Position numbers and translations under genes: made by a program. A stretch of 63,403 bases of DNA, counting the filler, from Basidiobolus meristosporus CBS 931.73 (taxonomy: Eukaryota > Fungi > Basidiobolomycota): assembly GCA_002104905.1 (NCBI GenBank). It is 4 parts of 4 records of this genome, joined end to end, with 100 filler letters (N's around TTAATTAATTAA, not from the genome) between each part and the next. Parts side by side here need not be neighbours in the genome. Positions count along the whole stretch, not along the records: positions 51,127 to 63,403 come from MCFE01001247.1; 3 more parts are not named here. One strand, 5' to 3'. The first letter of the stretch is position 1. Each line of letters opens with the position of its first letter. The notes beneath the pieces are model-generated. The model ran no database searches and was not told the origin of the DNA. It saw nothing but the letters and a program-made list of their open reading frames with translations. This document shows, in pieces, positions 51,127-63,403 of the stretch.

Positions 51127-51636
51127 TAACTTGACCCAAAGTAGGTCACTATTTTTTACCTCATATAGCATCTATATGATGGAAGTAACTGTCCCTGAGC
51201 CTAATATGGACACACAGTGAAGTTGTCTAAATGGATTAGACTGTTGGCCGGAAATAAGGAAACTCCAGATCTGCTGTAAATGACAAAACCTTAACTTGAC
51301 CAAAAGTGGGTCAATTTTGCTCAAATAAGAAGCATTGGATAGCCCAGAGGCTATATACCATTATTACAATCTGTCAATTAGACTCAGCTTATTATTCAAG
51401 CCCGTACAACTGATCAAAGTTGATGATTAGTATTATGATCAGATCATTCAGATTTTTAGGCATATTACTAAGTAGATATGCATACTGAATTCCAAGTTAC
51501 TTGTTCTATTAAGTTGAACACAAATGCATACACCTTTGGATAATATATTAGTCCAGTATGCAAAACAGTAAATCTTATACGCTTATTACAGATTGCACAC
51601 TCACAATATGTATTTATTACTCATGAATATTTTGTT

Positions 51637-51994
51637 GAGTGGGAGTGTTGTAATTATTGAATTGTCACCTAAATATTCATGCTAACTTAGTCACATAGAT
51701 CTTATTCTGTGATTAGCATTCTGTCCTGACTAGATTTCTTGTTGGGATTTACTTAGAATATTTTCACCAAATTATCAGGTACCCAGATTATTATTTTTCT
51801 CAAAGTCCTCCAAAAGACCCCAAACTTTGCACACATATTCTTGGGACCTTCCTTAACAAACTCTACACGTTTGTTTCCTCTACTTTATCAAAAGTATAAA
51901 TACCATACTTTTGATTAATAAATCTACAAGTGAATAACATGTAAATCTTCTAGTTCTCCACATCACTTCCAATACTCCTCAGAATATTGCAACA
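51637..51994 (+). mobile_element. PPT plus LTR (51646-51994) of the variant Copia subfamily
   Basis: GAGTGGGAG followed by TGTTGTAAT...TATTGCAACA, 349 bp. Confidence 0.85.
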
Positions 51995-53275
51995 TCTTGA
52001 TGGCTGATCCAGATTGGATCCACCAGTGGGACCAAATTATTTCTCATAAGGTACTTTACATATTCTTGGCATAGCAAACATGTTGGTTATGCTCTGGAAG
52101 GTCCAAAAGCATGTGTGCAAAATTTGGGGTGGTTTGTGTTCTAAAATTTGTAATTCTATTTAGGTATTAACATTACTTGGTCACTTTGATCATGGCCTAC
52201 AAATATTGAGAATACTGACCAAAGTTCTTATTGGTATTTAACTAGATTATAGTTACCAAAACAGCAAGTACCCAGAATATGAGATATCTCAGAGCTGTCC
52301 AAGCAGCCCCTTACTTTGTGCAAATGTCTTGAGACCTTCCCAGTGTGTGCTTATGCAGAGGTTAGTGAGCAGGAGGTCATAGCTTTTTTGATTCAAACAA
52401 CATGTAGAATGCCCACAATAGTAATGGGTAAGCAAATAAATTGGGGCAACTCTACAATGAAACATGTAAGTGGCACAAGTGAAGGTAGCAAAAGGAAATA
52501 CCATTTGGTAAATTGGTGTGGTAGCATTATATAGTACAAGCTATAGGCTGCCATACCGCCATTATAATTCCTATGAGAAATTATTGTGATGTTCCCATCA
52601 AAGGGCCATCACAAATCTAAGGTCCTGTGACTAAGAGGTATTGATCCAGTCAGGACACCATCCAAAGACTGTCAAAAAACAATTGCACCCTAGATTCACA
52701 AAAAACTCAGTCAAAATTTCTCATCACAACAGTACATAAGTGGCTTTTGATTGGCTTTCTCCTGATTCTGTTAGTTTCTGATCCCAGACACTCAATCATC
52801 TCCTATATTTGTATAAATTGATTGACTATTGCCTCTTTTTCACACTCCTTACTTCCTGACTCATGTTTCTCTTACTTCTCATGCATACAAATTGATTTAT
52901 TTTTGTTGAAACTTCAGTTGTACCTCAATTGCCAATTGTATTGATCTATACAAGTCCCTATACCCTACATTAACATTAAACCCAACCCCACATGCATTAT
53001 TGTATTGACCTATACAAGTCCCTATGCCCTATACTAACATTAAGCCCAACCCCGCACTCAACAAGTAACTTCATAAAATCCACCACTCAATAAGTATTTC
53101 TGCTGTAATGCTCTGTTTCCATGGCTTCAGCAGGAACCCAATGGCTTTATGCCACTGTTCATTCACTGGTTTCCATTTGGCCTGGCTGTCAGCCAGCACT
53201 GCAAGGTCTAGCACCTCATCTGCCAGTTTTTGCAATAAATTCTTGCAATATTTAAGACAATAGACAAGACTCTCA
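51995..53275. mobile_element. Scrambled remnants: CACTA terminus (51995-52051), inverted LTR fragments (~52055-52335), CACTA transposase-downstream piece (52343-52568), ORF2-side terminus on minus (52570-53275)
   Basis: Piecewise similarity to 4000-4054, the Copia LTR, 3487-3720 and 41310-41949. Confidence 0.65.
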
Positions 53276-53282
53276 GTTGCAT

Positions 53283-56200
53283 CCAGTATCTCCAAGACTC
53301 TTACAACTGGTTATGAGCCTCAAGCTGTCATGAAAATCCAATGAACAGAATTACCCTGTTGGTTGATGAGATGAAATCAGTGGGCTTACCAACTACTGAT
53401 GAGGATGTGTTAGTACCATCTAGAATAGCCTGACTGAATAGTTTCAGGGCCTTGTATCAGCCTTAGAGTCCTGAGCTGAAGATTTGACCATAAATTACAT
53501 ATAGGGAAGGCACCTGATTGAAGAATCAAGAAAATTTAGCTCCAATAAGAAGGAAGAGAAATATCCTGTAATGAGCAATGCCAAACAGTAAAGGAGGTAC
53601 TTCAGACTCTTTAAAGGCAATGGCACCCTGCTTTGCACCTACTGCAAAAGGATAGGATACAAATCTGATTGGTGGCTCAGAAAGAGAGATAATGAGCAGA
53701 AGAAGCCTCAATATGGAAATGCTGCAACAACTAAATATAGACTGCTCACATCTGCACTAAATATGACCACAATTAAGGATTCTTAAATGTGGTATATTGA
53801 CTCAGGAGCATCTCAACACTTTACTGTCAAAAATGAACTTTTTGCCCAATATAAAGAAATTCCAATTAAGAAGGTTTGCATGGGTGACAATAAAACACTT
53901 GATGCATTGGGAGAAGGAGCTATCCAAGTAAACCTTAGAAGCAGTGAATGAAGCCATACTCATACCTTCAAAGAAGTACTCAATGTACCTAAAATAGCCA
54001 AGAACCCACTGACTGTAAGCAAGACCACTGCAGAAGGACCCAGTTTCAGCTTTGACAATTCTGGATGTGGGATTACTGATCAAAATGGTGCACATATTGC
54101 TTCAGGTATCAGAGATAAAAATCTATACAAGTTGACTTATATTCCATCATATCTGGAAGCCAACATAAGTAGCATAAATGAAGTAATACCAACACTTTGG
54201 CAAAGGAGGTTTGGACACATTAATTTTGATTATTTGTGTAAAATGATCAAAGATCAGCTAATTTCCGGAGTAAAAATTGATCCCCCAACTAATTTGGAGG
54301 ACTGTGAAGCCTTCATATATGGGAAACAAGCCAGACAACTATTCAAGAGCTTTGGGTCAATTAAAACCGAGATAAGATTAGATCTGATTCACTCAGTTCT
54401 GCTTGGACATATGCAAGTATATCCTTTGGCATGACAAAGTATTTAATCACTATTATTGATGATCATACAAGATCTACCTGGGTCTACTTCATGGAAAGAA
54501 TGGAAGAAGCTTTGTCCAGGCTCAGAGAGCTCAAGCCTTGGTGGAGAGAGAAACAGGTGAACAAATCAAAGAAAATTCACTCTGACAACGGTGGAGAATA
54601 TAATTCAAAACTCTTCATCCACTTCTGCAAAGTTCATGGGATAAAGCAAGAGACTAATGTATCATATTCCCTGCAGCAAAACAGAGTAGCAGAATGTGCA
54701 AACAAATCAACAAATGATATGGCAAGATCTATGACTCATGATTAAAAATTTTCCTATGATTTTTGTGTGGGAACAGTTACCAAAGCCCTATACCTTAAAA
54801 ATAGGAGCTATAACAGAATGCTGTGTGCTTATGCTCCATTTGCAACATGGTATGAATACAGACCAAGTGCAGAACAGCTAAGAATACTTGGGTGTACAGC
54901 ATATGCCAAGTTGCAGCCCAGAAATCAGTCAAAATTTGAGCCAAAAAGTGTAAAATATATATTTTTGGGCTACTGCAATGATAGTAAAGCATACAGACTC
55001 TACAATACCAAAGTAAAGAAGCTGAGCAAGTCCAGGAATGTCTTGTTTGATGAAAATTCAAAATTTTCACAAGAAATGACATCAGATGATGACAAAACTT
55101 GATCTGAAGTCTACTAATAGTCAGGATTGAATCAGAGAAAAACAATGAAATTTTTTCACTCCAGAGGACTCTACAACTGTGCTTCAGCTTGAATCAGTGC
55201 CCAGGAATACCCTAGAAGTGATCATTACAGTATCAAATGCCAGGAGATCCAGCCAGACAAGTGATAGCCCAAGTTACTGTATCAATGAGGGTACAAACTT
55301 AGCCTATGCCTATTGAGTCCATATTGATGAACCCCAGACTGTAAAAGAGGCCCTAAATAGCCCTCAGACACAGTTTTGGAGATCTGAAATAACTGAGGAG
55401 TATCAGGCCCTGATGGAAAATCAAACTTGGGACTAGGTCAAATTACCAATCAACCAATAATCAATTGGATGTAGATGGGTCTTTAAGACAAAATACAAGG
55501 CTGATGGTACAATTGAAAGATACAAAACAAGACTTATGGCCAAGGTATACTCTCAAACAAATAACTTGACTTTACTGAGACCATTGCGCCAGTTGCCAAG
55601 TTTAATTCTATCAGATTAATATTGGTTTTTGCAGCCAAATATAAGTTTTTATAAATCAAATGGATGTAAATACTGCATTTTTTGAATGGGAACCTGATGA
55701 GGATGTGTATATAGACCAGCCTGCTGGGCTTGCTGACCATGATAACCCCCATATGGTCTGCAAGCTTGAGAAATCACTATATGGACTCAAACAATCATCA
55801 AGAGCCTGGAATTGCAAGATAGACTTTTATTTAGAATCTTTGAGTTTCAAAAGGAGTAATGCTGACTATAGTATATACTATATGCCAGATAGAGCAAATC
55901 CAGCTCTATTGACTCTATATGTTGACAATTTTGTTATAGCCACCAATAACCTAGAAACATTGGAAGAGACTAAATGCAGCCTATATAGACAACTTGTTCC
56001 ATAGTGCCATTGATCATAGTGCCAGAAAGTGCTGTATATTTTGTTATTAATTTGATATTTTAGGGTCATATGCATGTCAATTTTGATCCCAAATTGGCAC
56101 TGTATGGCACCATCTGGCACTCTGTGGCATGATCAGGCACCATCTGGCATGCTATGGCACTATTGGGCACTATGATCAGCTGGAATGATGGAACAAGTCC

Positions 56201-57450
56201 AGAGAGTTTAAGATGCCTAATCTAGGAGAACTCAGTTACTACTTAGGGATTAAGTTCTCCATAGACAGAAGTACCCAGACTATCATCCTAAATCCATCCA
56301 AGTATATTCAAGATATACTAAAGAAGTATCAAATGGAAGACTGTAAACTGGCAGCTACCCCAATGGAGGAAAACCTTAACTTTATAAGAACTCAGCCAAA
56401 TCAAGAAAGCTTAGTGCCGTCTGAAAGCCCTCACTTCCCTTATGAGTCTATATTTGGCAGTCTGATATATATCATGCTTGGAACACATCCAGATATCTCA
56501 TATTTAGTGGAGTTGTAAGCCAGCACAATCAGAACTATGGATCCAATCATATTACAGCAGTTAAGTGAATTTTTGATACCTATAAGGAGCTGCTGATATC
56601 TGCTTAAGGTACATCTACAAGGATTCAAAGCAAGATGCTGATTGGGGACAAAATTTAGAAGACACAAGATCCACCACAGGATACACCATTCTTTACTGTA
56701 GAGCAGGAATTTCATGGAATTCAAGAAAGCAACCAACTGTAGCACTTTCTACCACAGAGACTCATTATATGGCAGCCTGTGGAGCTACAAAAGAAGCAAT
56801 GTGGTTAAGGAAGCTTTTTAAAGACTTAGGCTTATGTCAAAAAATGCCAATTACTTTATTTCAAGATAATCAAGGATGTATACAATTAGGTAGAGATCCA
56901 ACTTTTGATGCTAGTACCAAGCACATAAATATTAAACATCATTTCATATGTGAAGCTATGGAGAATAACTTGGCTAACTTAGTTTACTGTCCTTCAGATG
57001 AAATGATTGCAGACACATTTACCAAACCATTAGCTAGAGACATGTTTGAATATCTTAGGTCAAAATTAGGACTAGTCAGTATGAACATTTGGTTGAGTGC
57101 AAGTGTTGTAAAAATGTGTAATTCCACCTAAATATTCACCTAACTTAGTTACTTATAGCATTACCTACATGCTCTAGAGAATACTGACCAAATTCCATGT
57201 TGGGATTTACTTAGAATATATTCACCAATATATCAGGTACCAAAACATGAAAATTAGATAAGTTGTCCAAACAGCCCACACTTTTCACACATGTTCTTGG
57301 AACCTTTCTAAGCCTATTTTATGTGTTTTCTATGCCAAGACCATGTGAAAGCATAAATACAACTTTTACATTGAATAAATCATTAAGTGAAAACCACATA
57401 ATCTACTGGTTCTCCCAATTGCTTCCAATATATCCAAGACTCTTACAACA
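53283..57450 (+). mobile_element. Old degenerate Copia (5' LTR nearly lost, ~350-bp gag deletion, 3' LTR 57104-57450)
   Basis: LTR tail plus PBS GGTTATGAGCC at 53309. All domains are present as broken ORFs. Confidence 0.92.
55987..56200. mobile_element. Second copy of the 211-bp MITE (opposite orientation), in Copia RT
   Basis: Near-identical to the reverse complement of 45569-45779. It has a 3-nt insertion in one tip, and the TSD is not recognisable. Confidence 0.92.
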
Positions 57451-57474
57451 ACAGCAATCTCTTGACAAAAATTT

Positions 57475-57651
57475 CTCAAGTATTAACTGACAAGGAACTT
57501 GGACAGAATTCTCTAAAGTTTGAGGTTTGTGATCTACACTGTTGTAAGAGTCTTGAAGACATTGGAAGTGATTAGGAGAACAAGTAGATTATGTGGTTTT
57601 CACTTAATGATTTATTCAATGTAAAAGTTGTATTTATACTTTTACATGGTC
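57475..57651 (-). mobile_element. Copia LTR fragments (partial LTR 57540-57651 plus degenerate piece)
   Basis: TGTTGTAAGAGTCTTG.. up to TTTACATGGTC. Followed by degenerate LTR-like sequence. Confidence 0.75.
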
Positions 57652-58277
57652 ACATAAGTAACTATGATAAGTGACTATTTTGGTATAATTTCAAACCTAC
57701 AGCACTAAAGAAAGTTCCAGGAAGCCGTGTGCATAGTTTGAGGGTGTTTGGGCAAGTTAGAAATAATGATAGCTTCCAGGCCAAGACTATTTTTAAGAAT
57801 TTGCCAATATCTTGCAAACTAAGTCTTAGGTAAATAACTCATAACTTGGTAACAGGTGAAGTAGAATGTTACTTTATATGGAGCATACAGTTGGACTGTT
57901 GCACTTCTTTGAGTGGTGGCCAAGACATAGTCCTTGAATATTGCCAGACTCCTTGAAATCAGTGGTGGATAAAGATCCATGAACACACCAATGAGTACGC
58001 AGTAAAAGTAATAGTAGATAAGGTTACGGTGGATCCTCAGTTGGCCAGTAATCATCTGGGAGTGAGGCTTTTCGGCGGCCTCTCTTTGAGTGTTGGGTAA
58101 GATTTATTTCACGGATATTCGATCAATTTAAAAGATATGTTACAAGGACTGGAGGTTACGGCTTGGATAGCGGATTGGCTGGTGGGTGCTACATGAGTGC
58201 AGAACATTTAATACAGGTAGAGATGGGTGACAGCTGCTGACATGTGGGGTAGCTTAATCAGGACCTGTTGGACGCGT

Positions 58278-60858
58278 TTACTCGCTGAAAAACCAACTGT
58301 TCACCTTGGCTATTATATGGGATACGTTATACGTGACGTGGATCGGCATTTTGTTGATTTCCACCTCCACTTTGGATTGGATGTCCAACTCCACCTCCCC
58401 ACCTTGGTGAGCGCGTAGTTTCTTGGCCCCGTCCTCGGTGAAGGAGACAGGGAGCCGGGGTGTTCTCAGACTTCTATTTGGGGGTATGTTGATCGGTGAG
58501 AACCAGGAGCCCTCCCGAAATCGAAGGTTGACCTCTCCGATTTTACTATCCTCCATGCTTAAGGTGGCATTCAAGACACGTATTTTCAGTGGCAGGGTGT
58601 TGATGGGGTTGGTTATTTGGGTGGAAATGGAACCAAAGAACAGGTGGAACGCGGTGCCCTCGATTAGATTTCCGCTACGGCCAGGGATGGTAAAGGGGTG
58701 CACGTAATGTTGGAGAACCTGGTTCAACGGTTCTATCAAGCTGGACCTACTGTTACCTTGTACTCGAAGAGGTACGTCCACACCTGTAAACCTTGGATAT
58801 TAGTATTATTCCAAGTCGATCATAAACAAATATCGTACCTTGCAGGTGCTTGGAGAATAATTCACCGATTGTCTCGTTTAATGGGGCAGTATCCGGGTTG
58901 ATCAGTTGTGAGTATACGACAATGTTATTATCCCCTGGAGAGATTTCGAGATCTGGGATCCACGCCTCGCCAATTTTGACTTCTTCATACATGAGGTCGA
59001 GTACGACTGGTCCAAGTCTGAGGAGAATACTGCTTTCGCTGTGTAGAGCTACTACCGATTCGAAGGTAAGCCCCTCAGAGCTGCTAGACATCTCCACGCT
59101 GGTGACATTAATTGGGGGATGTTGAAGAGAGGAAAGGCCCTTAACATCCACGAACTCTGTGAAGGAGTCCAACTCCAAATCAAGAAGCCCTATGGCTGTC
59201 TCGGCTGTGATGATGGTATGACCGGTAACTTGGAAAATGAGATTTTTGCTGGTGAAAAAGTCCTGCAGAACCTGAGAGTACTCGTCTTGGGCATCAGGAA
59301 GAGCAACTAGTTGAACGTCCGATAGCTCTGCCTTCATGGAAGTGAAATCCTCCTCGGCAGTAGTCAGTATAGCGGAAGATGGAACGTCCAGCGCAGCGAA
59401 TGGCACGCATGCTTCAAACCTGTACACGCACACCTGGGATGTCTGTCGGATACGAATAGGAAGCGTTTTGAATGTTGTTGGCAACTTCAGATTAGCATTT
59501 AGAACCCCATTTAGACCGAGCGTGTACTCCTGTCCGTCAAATTCAACACTCGGATCCGTGATTGACATTTCCGTGATGTACACCGGCTCTGGAATTCCTT
59601 GAACTTCAACTTCAGTTTGAACATGCTGTAGAGCTTTATCCAGCCAGTGCGCGGAAGCTGATCCAAGTCCCCTAACTTCCACATTTAGGACGTCCCCTTT
59701 GAAGTATTTGTTCAGAAATTCAGTCATGTGAGCAGCATCATCCGATATGGTGGATAAACTTCCGGAAAGAACCAAGTCATTATCCCCAGGAGTAAGAACT
59801 GGATCAGCACTGTTTCCCTCAGCAATGAGTAAATTTTCATAAAATAATCCAAAGGCTAAATTGCCGGGAAGTAGAGTGATGTTAGAGGGGTTCCAGAACG
59901 ATAAGTCGGCTGTGAAACCAACGCCGTGATCGAAATTGTCGGAGTACAAGTTCAAAGAACGTAGCTGTATCTCCTTTGCACCATTAAACCCTAGAGCATA
60001 TGAGATGGTTACGTAGTTAGTTTTCTATTTCAAATGCAAATTCTTTCCATCCGGTTTAGTATATTAACCTGTGAACTGGATTTTCTTGTTAAGGGAATAA
60101 TCCCTGAGAGTAGCCGCCTTTGAGTAAAAATTCATGAATCCTTGGATGTCCCATTCGAGAGAATCTTTGAGAATCGTATCGGCTACAAATCCCTCCAACA
60201 GTGCAGGTTCATATGTACGCAAGGTGGAATTGATAAAGAACTGGTTGTCTTGAGGAGAAAGCGTCATCGCAGGTAGTGCGATATTTCCAAGTAAATTTCC
60301 CAAATAATAAACGCTCAAGTCCGTTGGGTCCGAGGTGACCTTGACTTTGCCCAAGTTGTTGATAGTGGCATTGCCGACGATTGCAAAGGAAGAGCCGGAG
60401 TTCTCAACACGGACAGAATCGAAGCTGATCTCGGATTGTTCTATTGCGTTCCGTGTTGTAATCGGCGCGACAATTTTCAAAGAGAAAATGAAAAAGAACA
60501 GTTGAATGAGAAAGATTATGGCCACTATGATCACCCATTTTGTTGTAGAAGACAGCTCTCGCCACCATTTCTGCGTGATCTTGAAAATTTCCGGAGGTTG
60601 CTGAGGGGTAGAGCTTTGAGTTGGGGTAGAATCCGCTCCAGAATCGTTCGACCGTGTTTGTGCCGGGGCAGAATACAAAGGGACATTATTTTTGGCCGCC
60701 AATAGGGGGGTACGCTCACTGATAGCGTGATGCTCTCTAAAGATCTCGTCTTCAATCTCCTGTTGCGATTTCCCCTGGTTATCGCCGTTTTCCTGGTGCT
60801 GATAACTTGGGCTTGAATCACTCGTTGGTTGGTCCGTGTTTGTTTGAAACTTCACCAT
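58278..60858 (-). CDS. Tag1-like / DUF3712 (LEA2-fold repeat) single-pass membrane protein, ~815 aa, 3 exons
   Basis: Exons 60858-60069, 59990-58839 and 58783-58278 join in frame (2448 nt) through GT-AG introns. Hydrophobic helix WVIIVAIIFLIQLFFFIFSL, repeated NPS..LG.L.F.L.Y..G-type segments, N-terminal ERTPLL. The family call is from motif recall, not a search. Confidence 0.75.
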
Positions 60859-61454
60859 TATTTACTTAGCAAAGCTAGCAATTATTTATGACTTCAACTT
60901 TGACCAGTGCCTCCACTTGTAGAGATAGAAAATCCGATGTCAACCTGGCTTATGCGAAACAGGGAAGCCAGCTACTATAGATGGTTAACCAAGCACGATA
61001 AACACGTAATCATCAGCAATTATTCGAACATTGGTTTGTCAACTTATCATTCAACCATCAGAATCAGTTCATGTGGTTTAAATGTGATGATCTAAAATAC
61101 AAAGTTGCATGTTACAATCATAGATCAGAACAGATGCATACTGGCCCGGTGATGTGGCTTAAGCTACAACTTCATGGGTAAGTCGGAATTCACATTGCTA
61201 GCCGCTGGCCGCTAGCCGATAGCTGGTGCTTCAATTTCATTGCGAACCAACTCATCTTCATCCCGTAGATAGGTGGATGCCCCTATTCTTATTGGTGGTG
61301 AGCACTGGAATATAAGTCGAGGCATTCAGCATAGCGAATGTTGTAACCTGAATCAGAGGTAGAAATGAGCATGACTAATGCTTAATATCCGTAAGCAAGA
61401 TAGGGCTAATGTTGACAGCTTCCCCAAGTCCCTCTGATGGGTGACTCGCTTTAT

Positions 61455-61715
61455 CACGTGGGTTCACCAGTTTCAAAGACAAATGAATGCGCGAGAAGAT
61501 TGGGAATCCGATAAATACCTACTGCTTCAACCGTATCAAGAATGTGAAAACGAGCGTCATCTTGTAGATCTACACCAATAAACATATGAATGGTATAATG
61601 GCACTGAGCATATGATACAAGATAATGTGGTTTTTGGGGAGAGTGAGCACGAGTGGAGGGTTAGTGGTGTGACGACACAGTAAGGGGAATGAATTTACCT
61701 CAGCGTTATATAAAA
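61455..61715 (+). promoter_or_regulatory. Putative CIT1 promoter elements: CACGTG (61455-61460) and TATATAAAA (61707-61715)
   Basis: Motifs are seen upstream of the ATG at 61758. Function is untested. Confidence 0.4.
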
Positions 61716-61757
61716 GATGATGAAACCAACAGATGTCAGTCATCAGTCTGTTCAGCC

Positions 61758-63351
61758 ATGCCTCTTCTCCGTAGCTCTCTTCTTCCCACTGTATTGAAGG
61801 TTACTCTACAGATATATATACTTGGTTTTATTGGGATTTTCCTTACTAAACAAATCCAAACTCGTTAGAAATCCATTCGCCGTCAGCTTCCAATAGCTGC
61901 TTCCACCTGCTTCGTGCGCCACAAGTCCACCACAGTATAGTACCTTCCTTTACTCGACGTATGAATTGCTCTGCTAAGTGAAATTTCACAGATTTTGAAA
62001 GAAAGGCTTGCACAATTGGTCCCTGAAAAGCAAGAGGAGGTCAAAAAGATCAAGAAAGATCATGGTTCTAAAGTACTAGGGAATGTAACTGTAGACATGG
62101 TACTATCTCTCTCATCTCTTGAATGCCTATACACATGATTTTCTAAGCCACTTTTCTCACTAGGTATATGGTGGTATGCGTGGCATTAAAGGGCTTGTTT
62201 GGGAAGGCTCGTTGCTAGACCCGGAAGAGGGTATCCGTTTCCGTGGATTGACTATTCCTGATTGCCAACAGCAGCTTCCTTCAGCTCCTTCTGGGGAAGA
62301 ACCTCTACCGGAAGGTCTTTTCTGGCTGCTGCTTACAGGAGAAGTTCCAACATCCGAGCAAGCTGCTTACCTGTCTTCTGAATGGGCCGCACGCTCGGAA
62401 CTCCCAGCGTTTATTAAGGAGCTACTTGATAAAGCTCCCAAGACAATGCATCCCATGACCCAATTCTCGTTGGCAGTGACTGCTCTCCAGAGCGAGAGTC
62501 AATTTGCCAAGGTCTACCACGAAGGTGTTCACAAAAGCAAATATTGGGAATACACATACGAGGACTCGATGAACCTCATTGCCAAGCTTCCAAATATTGC
62601 TGGTCGAATCTACCAAAACACTTTCAAGGATGGCAAAGTTCCGGCCATTAGCAAAAGCGCAGACTACGGTCAAAACATAGCCACCATTCTAGGCTTTGGG
62701 GATAACAAACAATTTGTCGAGTTGATGAGACTTTATATGACCATTCATTCGGACCATGAGGGTGGCAATGTAAGTGCGCACGCGACCCATCTTGTTGGAA
62801 GTGCTCTGTCCGATCCGTATCTTTCCTTCGCTTCTGGACTTAATGGATTGGCAGGTCCGCTTCATGGTCTTGCAAATCAAGAAGTACTGCGATGGATCAT
62901 GAAGATGCGTGATGAGCTTGGAAGCGCCGAAGTCAGTGATGACACCATCAAAGAATATGTTTGGAAAACATTGAAGTCAGGGCAGGTTGTCCCCGGTTAC
63001 GGACATGCTGTCCTTCGTAAGACTGACCCTCGGTACACTTGCCAGCGAGAATTCGCCTTGAAGCATCTACCCAATGACCCGCTGTTCAAGATGGTTAGCC
63101 AACTGTATAAAGTTGTACCCGATGTCCTCACAGAACACGGAAAAACAAAGAATCCCTGGCCTAACGTCGACGCACACAGCGGGGTTCTCCTTCAGCATTA
63201 TGGCCTTGTTGAGCAGGACTTCTACACCGTTCTGTTCGGTGTTTCTCGCTCACTCGGAGTTCTTGCGCAGCTTATCTGGGACCGCGCATTGGGTATGCCT
63301 ATTGAGCGCCCTAAGAGTGTGACCAGTGCCGATTTCAAGCGTTTATCTTGA
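61758..63351 (+). CDS. CIT1: Mitochondrial citrate synthase, 467 aa, 4 exons
   Basis: Exons 61758-61799, 61869-61934, 61992-62099 and 62164-63351, with GT-AG introns of 69, 57 and 64 nt. Arg/Ser-rich presequence [21 protein letters not shown]. Motifs [45 protein letters not shown]. Confidence 0.97.
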
Positions 63352-63403
63352 TGACTTCAATACCAACATCATGTTCCAGGGTTAGGTTGACATGGAATAT
63401 GGC

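Noticed and set aside
52930-53055. ~62-bp tandem duplication in the CACTA ORF2-side region
   Set aside because: Single-unit in the 41520-41585 copy. It is a local slippage event with no evident function.
1-57900. Classical CpA-targeted RIP
   Set aside because: CA/TG dinucleotides stay abundant, and the copy differences inspected are mainly at CpG.
58423-60821. Short ORFs antisense to or overlapping the Tag1-like gene, and the many 60-90 aa ORFs overlapping TE pol genes
   Set aside because: These are shadow frames. They recur between TE copies only because the underlying DNA is repeated.
60900-61700. tRNA, snoRNA or TPP riboswitch in the intergenic region
   Set aside because: No cloverleaf, box C/D pair at plausible spacing or TPP core motifs were recognisable by eye.

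Overview
Fungal (intron-containing, eukaryotic) scaffold segment. About 1-57.9 kb is a dense, nested, CpG-depleted transposon block with three 100-bp assembly gaps. It holds one dominant Ty1/Copia family (350-bp LTRs TGTTGTA..TACAACA; two full-length copies with 5-bp TSDs, nested or truncated copies, solo LTRs) and a Ty3/Gypsy family (368-bp LTRs; one complete copy with TSD). It also holds scrambled remnants of a two-ORF CACTA/EnSpm-like DNA transposon with CCCTATG termini, a LINE remnant and a ~155-bp tandem array. The most unusual component is a small TIR family (tips AGACTTGTTCC, 3-bp AAT/ATT TSD) present as a 211-bp MITE and a 734-bp near-perfect foldback. All four copies lie in or against Copia sequence. 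One sits at the protease active-site codon of a Copia whose gag-pol ORF is otherwise uninterrupted. From ~58 kb the DNA is CpG-normal and carries two divergent host genes: a 3-exon Tag1/DUF3712-like membrane protein (minus) and a 4-exon mitochondrial citrate synthase (plus). Alignments were done by eye, so element ends without a TSD are approximate. The species cannot be determined from the sequence.
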